NCBI RefSeq assembly: GCF_000143415.4
Contig: NW_003314265.1
Span: 1,260,446 to 1,324,445, forward strand
Source of the DNA: Selaginella moellendorffii
Taxonomy: Eukaryota > Plantae > Lycopodiophyta
Direction: 5' to 3'
Length of the DNA stretch: 64,000 bases
The notes under the pieces are model-generated. The model was not told where the DNA came from. It did no database searches and saw only the letters and a program-made list of their open reading frames with translations. A program made the position numbers and the translations under genes. Of the stretch, positions 46,239 to 58,500 are shown piece by piece; position 1 is the stretch's first letter; each line of letters starts with the position of its first letter.

Positions 46239-46911
46239 GCTCTTTGCTCTATTTTGCTACTTATTAGTTTATTTTGCACAACACAAGGTTTCTTGCACTT
46301 TTCACTATACCCACTTCTTGTGATTGATGCTGGTGATTCTCATGTTTAAGGACAAGAGTGAGAATATAGTTATGGCTATGATATTTGTTATTAAGCATGT
46401 GATAAAGTTGGCCATATGTATCAACATTGTTAACATTTTTCAGATTAGTGTCTTCCATTTCGTAAGTGAAAGCTTTAGCATTAACAAAATTTTGTTGGTG
46501 TTATTATAATTGAAGGTTTTGACATAGAAATTCTTTAGGGAAATGAAGAGTCACACAAGTAATGAAGAGTCTTTATGTGAATAAGTAACCCTTTCATCCT
46601 TCTTTTGAGAGTATTATTAAGGAATTCATCAAGTATTTAGTTTCCAAATTTGTTTTTATAATAAAAGGTATTTTATTATTCTCTTGATAAAGGTTTGAAT
46701 TTATCTTTTATTGTTCAGCTTATTGCCATATATTGATGTCTATAGTTGTGTCATGTAATAGAACCAATTTTCATTTTTTATGGCAACAATTATATATATA
46801 CATGTGTATGGGATGAGATAAACCTAGCTATACATGTGGCAAATTTTGAGCTTGAACTTTAATTATTGCAGGTGGTGTTGAGTCAAGTTTTTGATTTTAT
46901 TATTGATATAG

Positions 46912-47959
46912 TGTCGCAAATGTGACTTTGAGTATCGAAAGTTATATGTCGGCCAGTCCTTACGGACATTCTTTACTTACTGTCACAACGGCAGGAAGTC
47001 AGTATTGCTGGACCTATTATTAGTCTCCACCTAAGTTAGTTGAGAAACTGATCATCACATATGCACTTAGACTAAAAGGGTACTAAAGAAGGAAATCCTA
47101 CGTTGTCAATTAGTCAAGCATACTTGGCATGGTGATGAGAAACTCATATTGTTGACTTGCACTTGCTAGTGTTGGGAACCCCGTAATATTGAGTTTGGTC
47201 TCTTAATATCACTAAATGATAGCTTACTGTGTCTGCAAAACACCCTCGCTATCATGCTCTTTGTGTTAGTTTCAATTCGATCCCAAATGTTAATTATAAA
47301 AAGTGTCTAGATTTGCTCATTTGGCATATCTACGGAATGTAGAAATTGGCTTGAACACAATGGTGTTTGTTCCGTGTCCAAATTCACAATTTAGCGCCAT
47401 TTCATATTTAGTAAGTTTTAAGCTTGTCCCAGAGACTAACTCCTGATGCTAAAGGAGGCTTGGGGTGAAAGCCTAAAGCATGTGTTTCTGAAAGGGGGGG
47501 GGGGGGGGGGTTCCAAATGTATAGTAGGGATAGTGGGTAGGTTGGGCATGGCTGACCAACCTGAGGCATAGTTTAGCTCTCGCTTGTATGCTTGTCCTTG
47601 TTCTGCATCTGGCTTGGGTCTAAGCCCAAGTTCCATTCCATGTTAGCTGGTGAAGTACTTATATCTTTACATTAGGCCACCGGTATGCTGAAATAGCACT
47701 AGACCCTATTTGGCTCCGTTTTGCATGTTGGTCTTGGCATTGGGATGTTAATTGCTTTAGGACTGTTCCAAGTCACTCCGGGCTCCTGTCCCTTCGCTCC
47801 TTGGGTTATATGCTTAAGAATTGCTCCATGGTCCAGTTCCGACACTCCTTGGCTCTATGCTTGGGAGTTTGGCACCATTCCTTTGTTTAGTGGCCCAAGG
47901 CCCTGAACCTTAGGTTCCACACCACAATCCTATGGACATGTGGTATATAACATGTGGCA
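46912..47959 (+). mobile_element. Solo LTR (~1.05 kb) related to the chromovirus LTR at 60668-61377
   Basis: TGTCGC...GTGGCA termini with 5-bp TSD TATAG at 46907-46911 and 47960-47964. Colinear similarity to the reverse complement of 60668-61377. Confidence 0.85.
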
Positions 47960-48774
47960 TATAGAGGGTTTAGGTTCCACTTCGTGGTGTTATTCTATGG
48001 TAAATTACCATAGGATAAAGGGTAAAAACCACGTGCGCTACATATAGATTGATTATAACATAATTATGATAAGTGTGACTTTGAGGCTTCTTCCCTTTAT
48101 TTTATATTTCCTCACATTTCTTCCATTCTTCTCACTTTTGTTCTCTTTTGTCTCTTTGCTTCTATCATTTTTGCTTCTTTATTATTTTCTATTGTATTTC
48201 AATTTTGCTTTTATATTTCCTTTATAGATCCTTCTGATGTTGCAATAATGGACCAACTCAAGAATGAGTATGTTGATCTTTTTTATTTTGACTTGTTGTT
48301 TGGGGCTTGCAACACATCATCTTGCTCATCCAATTAAAATTATTATTTAGCATCAGTCATTAAAGGAAATCAAGATTTTACACATAAATATCAAAAAGAT
48401 GTTAAAAATAGGTGTTATCCAAAATTTTTAAAGTCCTTAAACATATGAATGTCATCTTATGATGGGAGTGTTCACTTTTGTATTGACTAAATTCAATGCT
48501 AACTCTATGGTTAAACTCATAAATTATAAGGCTTTTTTCTTCATCCCATATCAAAGTTAGAGGTTGAAATTACTAGAGCAAGAACTTTGGGTTCTATATA
48601 TATATGATGTAATATATATCACCAACATATAATAATCAAATAACAATAATACAATAATAAATCATTGGTTTACCATTGAGATAAAAAAAATTGTAGTTAT
48701 ATATGTCAATGTCAAAATACAATATGGTAGTAGAAAAAATAAAGAATTGTCAGAATTGTGCTTTTAAAGAACTC

Positions 48775-49812
48775 CCCTACACATCAAAATTTCGTAAATG
48801 CTTTTAAAAAAACCAATGAAATGCAAAACTCACTCTTGGGCACAGCTGCGAAGCCCGGGGAGCTTTTCCTTGACCGATTTCAGGACGTCTCTGTGGGAAC
48901 CCTAAAGCAGTCTCGTTCTCAACTACCAATATGTGAACTTTTGCAACATCTTTCACGTCCACGAAAGGAATGTAAGCACTTAGCAAAGGATTCCGGGAAC
49001 CTGGATCACCACAAACAAAACATTGTGTTTGTATGAGAAAACCAAAGAAACTAACCTTCCACAACTTGAGATATTCGTTGCTAGTGTTCATGGTCTGTTG
49101 CAAGAGAGGGCCCAAGACATCACATGGGCACACCACGACAGGTTTGAGACCATGCTATTTTCTCAGACTCCAGTGCCACCGCTGCAAAACAATGTCAACT
49201 CAAAAGACTCAAACTAAAGTCGAAATCCATTGCCTTGCCCTCGGTAGTAGTCAATGCTAGCTCTCGTCAACCATCTTGTCCACCGGACGATCCGAGTCAC
49301 ACATGACCGCGGTGCCGGAGGAGGTCATCACCACTCGCTTGATCTTGCAGTGAGGATCCTCACTGCAACCACGCATCACATCCTCCGTTCCAGTGATTCC
49401 TGGGACCAACACATCCTGGCAGAAAAGAAAACCCAGATAATTTCTCATGAGATAAAACCAGCAAGATTCTCACATCTGCAGTGTCAAAATTCCAGAAGAA
49501 GGGGCAGGCTGCGTGAAAGACGGCATCACTGCCCCGGACTGCCAGGTTGTAGTCGAGAACATCGGCTTTCAACAGCTTGAGCCTCTCGCCAGCTCCTGGG
49601 AGCTGCTTGAGATGTCCACACTTGGCATTGTTACCTGACGATACACATGCATGAGTCATTCAGGTGGAGGTGGTGGATCCAATACTACTTACTTGGATTG
49701 CACACGGTGCCGTGAATCGTGTAGCTTCTCGAGAAGATGCTATACAATCCCAGAGGCAATGAAACCCCCGGCTCCAGTCACACACATGATTCTTGCTTGC
49801 TTCCATTGCCAT
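48775..49812 (-). pseudogene. CCR/TKPR-like reductase, copy D (near-identical to A, 3' truncated)
   Basis: Shares copy-A lesions (KQARIMCVTG frameshift, exon-3 stop). Confidence 0.85.
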
Positions 49813-50534
49813 GCTCTTTGCTTTAATTTGCTACTTATTTGCTCTAGCTTGCGCTGCTGTGTATTTATACACTCTATCAAGTCTTCAAGAATTTCCACTT
49901 GCCTTCTGAGCAAGCATCCTGGAGCACTGTGGCGTCGCAACTGGAGCACTGTGGCACCGGTCTCGTTCAATTTATTTATTGGTAGAATTTAATGTTTTAT
50001 AGATAGATGGGGAGCCGGTCTCTAAGATTGCTATTTAACTTATTTATTGTGGCTGAATCAGATGTGTGCATCATGTTGGGCAGTGGTGGTGGAGTTTTTG
50101 CAAAGCAGCAATATGCTCTTGCACCTTTTACTTCTACAATACTAATTTTAGGTGAGAATGCAGTGTTTATGAAATGCAAAATGCGCTTTGAAGTTGCTGG
50201 TGGTACACGGAGGCGACAGTAGCAGCAAGAGAGGGTTCAATTTTCAATCTTCTCTTGCATTTTTCCTCCAAAGACTATCAAGCTCGGAACACGTCGCACT
50301 CCACTAGGGCATCCAACTCGCCATCGCCATCCCTCTTAGAACCCTGGACAATTCCATAACAACAGCAAAATATAAGAGCTGCGTTCTCTTTTGAGTAAGC
50401 AAGAACTTAACAGAAAGCAGGTTAAGTGCGTAAAGTGGAGTTGAGAGTCATTATAATTTGCAAAGCAATACGCACATTCATTCGTTTTCGTGTTCATACA
50501 GATCTATAGCAATAGTTCCTGAGTTCTTTCATTT

Positions 50535-51639
50535 TCATGGCAGAAAACCTCGTTCACGGATGCTAGCAATGGTGTCAAAGAGAGTTTGTTCATAAGGTAT
50601 GAATCCTCCAATTAGCTCTGTAGTTTTCTTGTTCCCAATCTTCTCGGGGGGGATTCCATCGTATCTTCCGGCATGAGGAATTCCAACGCTCGTTTCAGGA
50701 ACACCCCTACCCATACAAATCTCATTACGCTTTGAACAAAACTGAACAAAAAGGAATGAAAGTAAACTCACTCGTGGGCACAGCAGCGAAGCTGGGGGAA
50801 CTTTTCCTTGACCGATTTCAGGACGTCTCTGTGGGAAACGCTCAGTGCAACGCAAAAGTAGCGCCCCAAAGCAGCCTCGTTCTCGACTGCCAAAATGTGA
50901 GCTTTTGCAACATCTCTCACGTCCATGAGAGAAATGTAAGAATTTGGCGAAGGATTCCGGGAACCTGGATTATCACAAACAAGATAAATGTCTGTACGAG
51001 AAAACCAAGGAAACAACAGTCAAACCTTCTACAACTTCCTTGAGATATTCGCTGCTAGTGTTAAGGGTTTGTTGCAAGAGAGGACCAAACACGTAAACCG
51101 GGCACACCACAATAAGTTTGAGCCCTTTCTCTTTGGCAAACTTCCATGCCGTCTTCTCTGCCTCGGTCTTGGCAACCACGTACCACAGCTGCAAAACGAA
51201 GTCCAACGTACAAGAGTCAAGAGTCAAATTAAGTCAAAAGCCAGTCCCAATTACTTGCCTCGTTTTTGCGGCAGTGGTCAACGTTCGTCCAGCAGCGCTC
51301 ATCAACCACCTTGTCCTCGGGACGATCCGGGTCAAATATGACCGCTGCGCCGGAGGAGGTCATCACCACTCGCTTGATCTTCTCGTAGTCGAGAGCATCG
51401 GCTTTGAACAGCTTGAGCCTCTCCCCAGCTCCTGGGAGCTGCTTGAGATTATTCCACACTTCGCATTGTTACCTGATGTTCTATGGATCAAAGGTGAAAG
51501 GAAGTCTATGCTTACTTGGGTCGCGCACGGTGCCGTGAACAGTATAGCCTTTCTCCAGAAGCTGCTTTACAATCCAAGAGGCAATGAAACCCCCGGCTCC
51601 AGTCACACACACGACCTTCTTGCTTGCTTCCATTGCCAT
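50535..51639 (-). pseudogene. CCR/TKPR-like reductase, copy E (internal deletion fusing exon 2 to exon 3)
   Basis: [18 protein letters not shown]: the VFHTACP segment is missing. Confidence 0.8.
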
Positions 51640-52431
51640 GCTCTTTGCTCTATTTTGCTACTTATTTTCTCTATAGCTTGCGCTATTTATACACTCTATG
51701 AAGTCTTCAGGAATTTCCGCTTGCCTTCTGAGGAAGCATCCTGGAGCACTGTGGCGTCGCAAATGGAGCACTGTGGCGCCGTACTGTTTAACTTAATTGG
51801 TAGAATTTAATGTTTTATAGATGGGGACGCTATTAATCGTGCTATTTAACTTATTTATTGTGACTGAATCAGATGTCTCGGCTAGGTGAGGATCGTGTTG
51901 AAGTTCCAACCCAAGAGGCATCAGGAGGGGCAACAGGCAGTGAAGCCGAGGTCGGGGACAGAAGGCGTGGTGGTAACAGACCTGAAGGAGCTTAGTGAAC
52001 GAATGACTCATGAGATTATCAAAACAGCTTATTATAATCTGTCGGTCTCATGCTCCACAAGACCCCGTAAACAGTTAATGAATGAGTTAATAATCTATTG
52101 CACCTTTTGCAGCTGCTACACTAATTTCAGGTGAGAATTCAGTGTTATGAAATGCAAAATGCGCTTTGAAGTTGCTGATGGTACACAGAGGCGACAGTAG
52201 CAGCAAGGGAGGGTTCAATTTTCAATCTTCTCCTGCATTTTTACTTCCCTCCAAAGACTATCAAGCTCGGAACACGTCGCACTCCAGTAGGGCATCCAAC
52301 TCACTTGGACAATTTAGCAAAATATAAGACCTGCGTTCTCTTTGAGTAAGCAAGAACTTAAACAATACGCACATTCATTCATTTTCGTTTTCATACAGAT
52401 CTATAGCAATAGTCCTTGAGTTCTTTCATTT

Positions 52432-53737
52432 TCATGGCAGAAAACCTCGGTCACGGATGCTAGCAATGATGTCAAAGAGAGTTTGTTCATAAGGTATGAA
52501 TCCTCCAATTAGCTCTGTAGTTTTCTTGTTCCCAATCTTCTCGGGGGGGATTCCATCGTATCTTCCGGCATGAGGAACTCCAAAGCTCGTTTCAGGAACC
52601 CCCCTACCCATACAAATCTCATTACGCTTTGAACAAAACTGAACAAAAAGAAATGAAAGTACACTCACTCTTGGGCGGAGCAGCGAAGCTCGGGGAACTT
52701 TTCCTTGACCGATTTCAGGACGTCTCTGTGGGAAACGCTCAGTGCAACGCAAAAGTAGCGCCCCGAAGCAGCCTCGTTCTCGACTGCCAAAATGTGAGCT
52801 TTTGCAACATCTCTCACGTCTACGAGAGGAATGTAAGAACTTGGTGAAGGATTCCGGGAACCTAGATCATCTCAAACAAGAGAAATGTCTGTACGAGAAG
52901 ACCAACGAAACCACAGTCAAACCTTCTACAACTTCTTTGAGGTATTCGCTGCTACTGTTGAGGGTTTGTTGCAAGAGAGGACCAAACACGTAAACCGGGC
53001 ACACCACGAGAAGTTTGAGCCCTTTCTCTTCGGCAAACTTCCATGCCGTCTTCTCCGACTCCGTCTTGGCAACCAAGTACCACCGCTGCAAAACGAAGTG
53101 AGAGTCAAGAGTCGAATTAAGTCAAAAGCCAGTCCCATTTACTTGCCTCGTTTTTGCGGCAGTGGTCAACGTTCGTCCAGCAGCTCTCATCGACCACCTT
53201 GTCCTCGGGACGATCCGGGTCAATCATGACCGCTGCGCCGGAGGAGGTCATCACCACTCGCTTGATCTTCTCCTCGCTGCAAGCACGCATCACATTCTCC
53301 GTTCCAGTGATTGCCGGGACCAACACATCCTGGCAGAAAACAAAACTCGAAATTTCTCATCGCCCACGAGCAAAACCACCTAGACTCTCACATCTGGGGT
53401 GTCAATCTTCCAGAAGAAGGGGCAGGCTGTGTGGAAGACGGCCTCACAGCCCCGGACTGCCGGGACAATGGAATCGTAGTCGAGAACATCGGCTTTGAAC
53501 AGCTTGAGCCTCTCCCCAGCTCCTGGGAGCTGCTTGAGATGTCCACACTTCGCATTGTTACCTGGGTCATTCAGATTTCGGCTATGGATCAAAGGTAAAA
53601 GGGAGAAGTCTATGCTTACTTGGGTCGCGCACGGTGCCGTGAACAGTATAGCCTTTCTCCAAAAGCTGCTTTACAATCCAAGAGGCAATGAAACCCCCGG
53701 CTCCAGTCACACACACGACCTTCTTGCTTGCTTCCAT
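52432..53737 (-). CDS. CCR/TKPR-like NAD(P)-dependent reductase, copy F, 6 exons, apparently intact
   Basis: All six exons read in frame from ATG 53737. Intron 3 has a GC donor AG|GCAAGT. YxxxK motif RWYLVAKT. Confidence 0.78.
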
Positions 53738-54520
53738 TGCCGTGCTCTTTGCTCTAATTTGCTACTTATTTGCTCTAGCTTGTGGTGCTGTGTATTTATA
53801 CACTCTATTAAGTCTTCATGGAAACATCTTATACACTCTATTAAGTCTTCAAGGAAGCATCCTGGAGCACAGTGGCTAGACTACTGTTTATCTTAATTGG
53901 TAAAATCTAATTTTTTATAGATAGATGGCGCTGTGCCGGTCTCTAAGCTACTTATTTATTGTGGCTGAATCAAATGTTTGCATCATGTTGGTGGAGTTTT
54001 TGTAAAGCAGGTGAGGACCACCAACCCAAGAGGCAACAGACAGGTCGGTGAAGCGGAGGGCGGGGACAGAAGGCATGGTGGTAGAAGCCCTGGAAAAGCT
54101 TAGCGAACGAATGGCTCATGAGATCATCAAAACACCCTAATGAATGAGTTAATAAGTTTGCTATACTAATTTCAGGTGAGAATTCAGTGTTATGCAATGC
54201 AAAATGCACTTTGAAGTTGCTGGCGGTACACGGAGGCGACAGTAGCAGCAAGGGAGGGTTCAATTTTCGATCTCCTCTTGCATTTTTACATTCCTCCAAA
54301 GACTATCAAGCTCGCTCTCCAGTTCCCACTCACTTGCACAATTGAGCAAAATATAAAACCTGCGTTCTCTTAAGCAAGAACTTTAGAGAAAGCAGGTTAA
54401 GTGCGTCGACTCCACTCTTAAAGTGGAGTTGAGTCTTTATCTTTTGCAAACCAATACACACATTCATTCATTTTCGTTTTCATACGGATCTATAGCAATA
54501 GTCCTTGAGTTCTTTCATTT

Positions 54521-54835
54521 TCATGACAGAAAACCTCGTTCACGGATGCTATCAATGGTGTCGAAGAGAGTTCGTTCATAAGGTATGAATCCTCCAATTA
54601 GCTCTGTAGTTTTCTTGTTCCCAATCTTCTCGGGGGGGTTTCATCGTATCTTCCGGCATGACCCTACCCATACAAATCTCATAACGCTTTGAACAAACTG
54701 AACAAAAAGGAATGGAAGTACACTCACTCTTGGATCATCACAAAAGATAAATGTTTGTACGAGAAAACCAACGAAACCACAGTCAAACCTTCTACAACTT
54801 CCTTGAGATATTCGCTGCTTGTGTTGAGGGTTTGA
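54521..54835 (-). pseudogene. CCR/TKPR-like reductase, copy G (3' remnant)
   Basis: Last exon plus deleted pieces of exons 4-5. Confidence 0.8.
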
Positions 54836-54991
54836 TTTTTGTGTCATGTTTCAACTTTTCAAAAGGTTGACCGCTGTATCAAGATGTGATGGTTTTTAGA
54901 AATTCAAATATAAATTCCTTCCCTTGACAAACAACAGAGTGTAACTCAAGAATCCAGATTTCTAAAAGACAGAGAGCCAATCAGTTTGCAC

Positions 54992-55372
54992 TTAACATGA
55001 GGGGAGATTGCAGACGCCGAGGAGACTGTTGGCGAAGGGACGCAGCATCGGGGTACAGGCGCCGCACTCGTGCGCAAACTTGGCCATTGGCATGCAGCAC
55101 TGCTCCGTGATGTTGGTGCCGCGGCTGCCGGTCAGCACGTAGCTCTGGCACCCGTTATACTTGCTCAGCATGTAGCGGAAGTTGCATGCGCCGGTGCTGT
55201 TGCTTGAACCTGATCCCGCTCCTGAACCTGATCCCGCACCTGCTCCACCGCTTCCGCCTCCAGGGATGATCGGAACTTGGGCCTGCGCGCAGACGCCACT
55301 CTGCTGATCCACCACCAGCAGCAGAATGAAAAGCACTTGAAATGCTGCGGAGATTGCCAGCTTCGAAGACAT
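54992..55372 (-). CDS. Secreted 8-cysteine-motif (nsLTP/prolamin-fold-like) protein with Gly/Ser linker, 126 aa
   Basis: Signal peptide, GGGSGGAGAGSGSGAGSGS linker, then C-x11-C-x16-CC-x9-CxxC-x14-C-x4-C. Confidence 0.75.
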   Translation of the reverse strand: MSSKLAISAAFQVLFILLLVVDQQSGVCAQAQVPIIPGGGSGGAGAGSGSGAGSGSSNSTGACNFRYMLSKYNGCQSYVLTGSRGTNITEQCCMPMAKFAHECGACTPMLRPFANSLLGVCNLPSC

Positions 55373-55747
55373 TGTCGATGGAGATTCTGCTTGCTTGCCC
55401 AGGAAGAGCCAAGAGGAAGTGCAAGACGCAGTGAGCAGCGATGCGATGGCTGGTTCCTGGCTTTGGCCGAGCACAGGAATTTATATGCGTCTCGAGCCTG
55501 GATGTTTGATGGTCAATAAATGTTGACACAACAACAACGCCCCAAATCTCTCCACAATCCCCGCGAGCGTTGCAACCACAGCCATGCAGTGTCTCTTGTA
55601 TGGAAGTATTCTCTTTCCAGTGGGTAAATACCATGAGCTAATTTACAAATCGATAATATAGATGCCATTCATTTTCACTTTTCTTTTTCGGCTCTTTTTT
55701 TTTTCTGGTTGGAAAGAAAGTTGGAACCATGACCGCTCTCGCTTAAC

Positions 55748-56816
55748 TCACAGACCTTGTATGCTCTGGACAATGGTGTGGTGCCATGGGTCGCTAAGGT
55801 GCGTCAGCAAGTTCTCGAAAGGTCCCTGGTGTGTCACGTTGGACTGGATGATGAATCCAAGGAACGCGAGCATTGCAAGGCGACCTGCGCAAAACAAAGG
55901 TTCGATCGATCACACAATCAAGAGCTTTCAAAGAACAAGAACTATACCATTTGCCAGCTCCTTTTCTTTGTACTCCTCGTTGGCTGGGAAGTTGAGAGGA
56001 TTGAAGATGCCTCCCGGGTAGCCGACCTCGTTGGGAGGCAAGCTGTAGCCCTTGAAGATCGGATCCTGGTTGACGCTCCCGGGGTACTTGATGTCTTGCC
56101 ATCTCCTCACCTCCACGTAGTGGAACATGAGAAACTCGATGACGAAGAGCGTGGACGCTGGAGCAAAGTACTCCACCTTGCCAGCGTCATACCACAGCGG
56201 CGCGTTGATCACCCCGATCTTGGTGAGGACCTCAGGGATGAGCATGCCGGCAACTCCAACCATGGCCCAGCGTCCGTTTTGGAGCTCGGCTTGGACGTAC
56301 CACTTGAGGTTGGCCGGGTCGCCGGCGAGTCCCAAAGGATCGAAGCCATTGTCTCCGGGAAGGCTGGAAGAAACCAAGACAAGTGTAAGCTTCTCACACA
56401 ATTTTAGCTCAAGACAAGTTCACCACACTATACTATAGATTTCACACAAATCTTGGTCTAGCATCGAGCTTTCGCGTGGATATATATCCATGCCAGGGCT
56501 TCCAGGCAATGTGATCTACGTGGACTAAAAGCCATACTTCTAGCATTGCACCGAAACTAGAGCCTTATCGATCAGAGAACTCTTTCTAATCTGCTATAGA
56601 GAGATCACACGAGCTCACATACCTTCCATTGAGATAGCCAGGAGACGCCAATCCGGGGCACCACTCGCCTTTCTTGGCCTCCACCTTGAATTTGCCAGTC
56701 GCGAAAGAAGGCGCGGCCACGGCTCGGGATCCCCTCTGGAGCTTGCTACTCGATCTCGAGAGGAATGTGGATGGGCACGACACGCCGATCGATGCCTGCA
56801 TTGTCGATGCCGCCAT
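55748..56816 (-). CDS. LHCA4: Photosystem I light-harvesting chlorophyll a/b protein Lhca4, 3 exons
   Basis: Transit peptide, then [17 protein letters not shown]|[13 protein letters not shown]...[11 protein letters not shown]...[35 protein letters not shown]...KEKELANG|[10 protein letters not shown]...[11 protein letters not shown]. Confidence 0.92.
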
Positions 56817-57769
56817 TTTTCCTCCTCCTCGGCTCGATCCCTCAAGCAGTGTCTTCTTCCAATTTTACCTAAGAAGAACTGGATGTGTGGCCTTGGCCAT
56901 CGGGCGGCCCAGCTGCTCCCAGAATCTAATCTGACGGCTCCTGGCCAGCCTAGTTTTCGCAATGGATATCTCGGCGTGGCCAATGAGAGTGCGCATGGCC
57001 AATCCGGCCGGGTGCTCCCTGGACCGTTCGTTTCTGGATCCAACGGCTGAGCGCAGCTCTACCATAAGAGCCACAAGAGAGAGTTTGTGGCTTCCAGTTT
57101 GCTGCTCTCTCCATATCTTTTTCTTCCATCAGAGAAGTCTAGATAATTAGTGTAAATAGTTAAGCATTTATCCTTAGTTTCGCTAAGCTCATAGCTTAAT
57201 TGAGCTGCTAATAAGAACTCAACTGTATAGCTAGAAAGCATAGTAGGGAAGACCCCTCGCCTCTACGAAGTAGACATACTAGACACACTTAAGATCTAAA
57301 TTGATGTGATTGCCAAATTGCTCCTTGATGCTATCAGAATCAAGCACTCCTTGAGCTGATTCATTGTAGGCCCTTTGGTTTATTCTCATAAAGTTTTATG
57401 TAATCTTTTCCATTTTTACTTTTTTTTCACGTGCAAGCTTCCTAGAACCATATCAGAATCCAAAAGGAAGAATAATCCAGCACCCCTCTCTTACGTGGCT
57501 ACCCCCTTACCACGCTCACTACTCTTAGCCCTGCAAACTTTAATTAGTAGATGTTGTTAATGGGCATGTTAATGATTATAATTTTATATTTAGCCAGTGA
57601 ATGAACAACTATAATTTATAAATATATAACCTACGCTTGGTTTAAGTTTTTCCTCATTGTGTGTGCTCCTTATATTTTCTCAAGATAATATTCTTTATTT
57701 CTTTGATCTTATTGAGAGAATTAATAGTAAGAAAAATTCTTTTACTTTCTGTATTATGGTTGGTCTTCT

Positions 57770-58500
57770 TCCAGAAGAGAGAGAATATGAAAGATGCCAT
57801 TGACTAATGAGATATCGATATCATTATCGAGGTTGTAAAGATGGTTTGAAGTGGAATTGTAAAAATTGCAATACCACAAGATTTCTTAGAGTTAATATTT
57901 GATTTGCAAATAGTAAATTCACATTTATTCAAATGTTTAGAGTGATGTATTGTTGATGCATTAAAATGCCACAAGATCAAGTTCATATTGAGTGTAATAT
58001 TAAAGTGAGCACAAGATAACAAATTGGTACAACTTTTGTCATGATATTTATATTATTACATTACAATGAAGTAGTTAAAAGATTGGTGGTCCAGAAAGAA
58101 ATATGAAAATTGATGAAAGTAAGTTTGGTAAGAAAAAATATAATTGTGGTAGAAGAGTAGAAAGTCAATGGATCTTTGAAGGAATTGAATGTGATTCAAA
58201 TTGAATGTTTATAGCTTCGGTGGCCAATCATATTACACAAAATTTAATTGATATATTATATACATATGTTGAACTAGGAAAGTTCTATTTCTATAATTAT
58301 TATTAACTAATAATTATAATTAATATTTTAGGAACAATTATATATAGTGATTATTGGGCTGGTTATAATTCAGAGTGGTTGAATTAGTTGAACTTCACTT
58401 ATTATACAGTAAACCACTACCAAATTTTTGTTGATCCCATAACTAGAGTTTATACAAATCATATTGAATCATTCTATGTAGTCATATTAAGGTATACAAT
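57770..58500 (+). mobile_element. Degenerate Merlin (IS1595/ISXO2-like) DDE transposase with an intron
   Basis: NWYNFCHDIY, then KIGGPERNMKIDESKFGKKKYNCGRRVESQWIFEGIECDSN*MFIASV...YVELG, a 54-nt intron, and GTIIYSDYWAGYN...YTVNHYQIFVDPITRVYTNHIESF. Confidence 0.85.

Noticed and set aside
46262-46900. Helitron 3' end (CTAA|T) at the insertion boundary, or KDZ-type transposase motifs (GYDIC, SVFH, EGLG)
   Set aside because: No subterminal hairpin was seen, and the motifs are too short and in broken frames to support a call
47494-47510. Poly-G tracts (also 59353-59369) as functional G-quadruplex elements
   Set aside because: Simple homopolymers inside LTR/TE-like DNA, with no evidence of function
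41071-54835. Repeated units as a CRISPR-like or satellite array
   Set aside because: The units are ~2-kb gene duplicates with exons and introns, with no repeat-spacer structure
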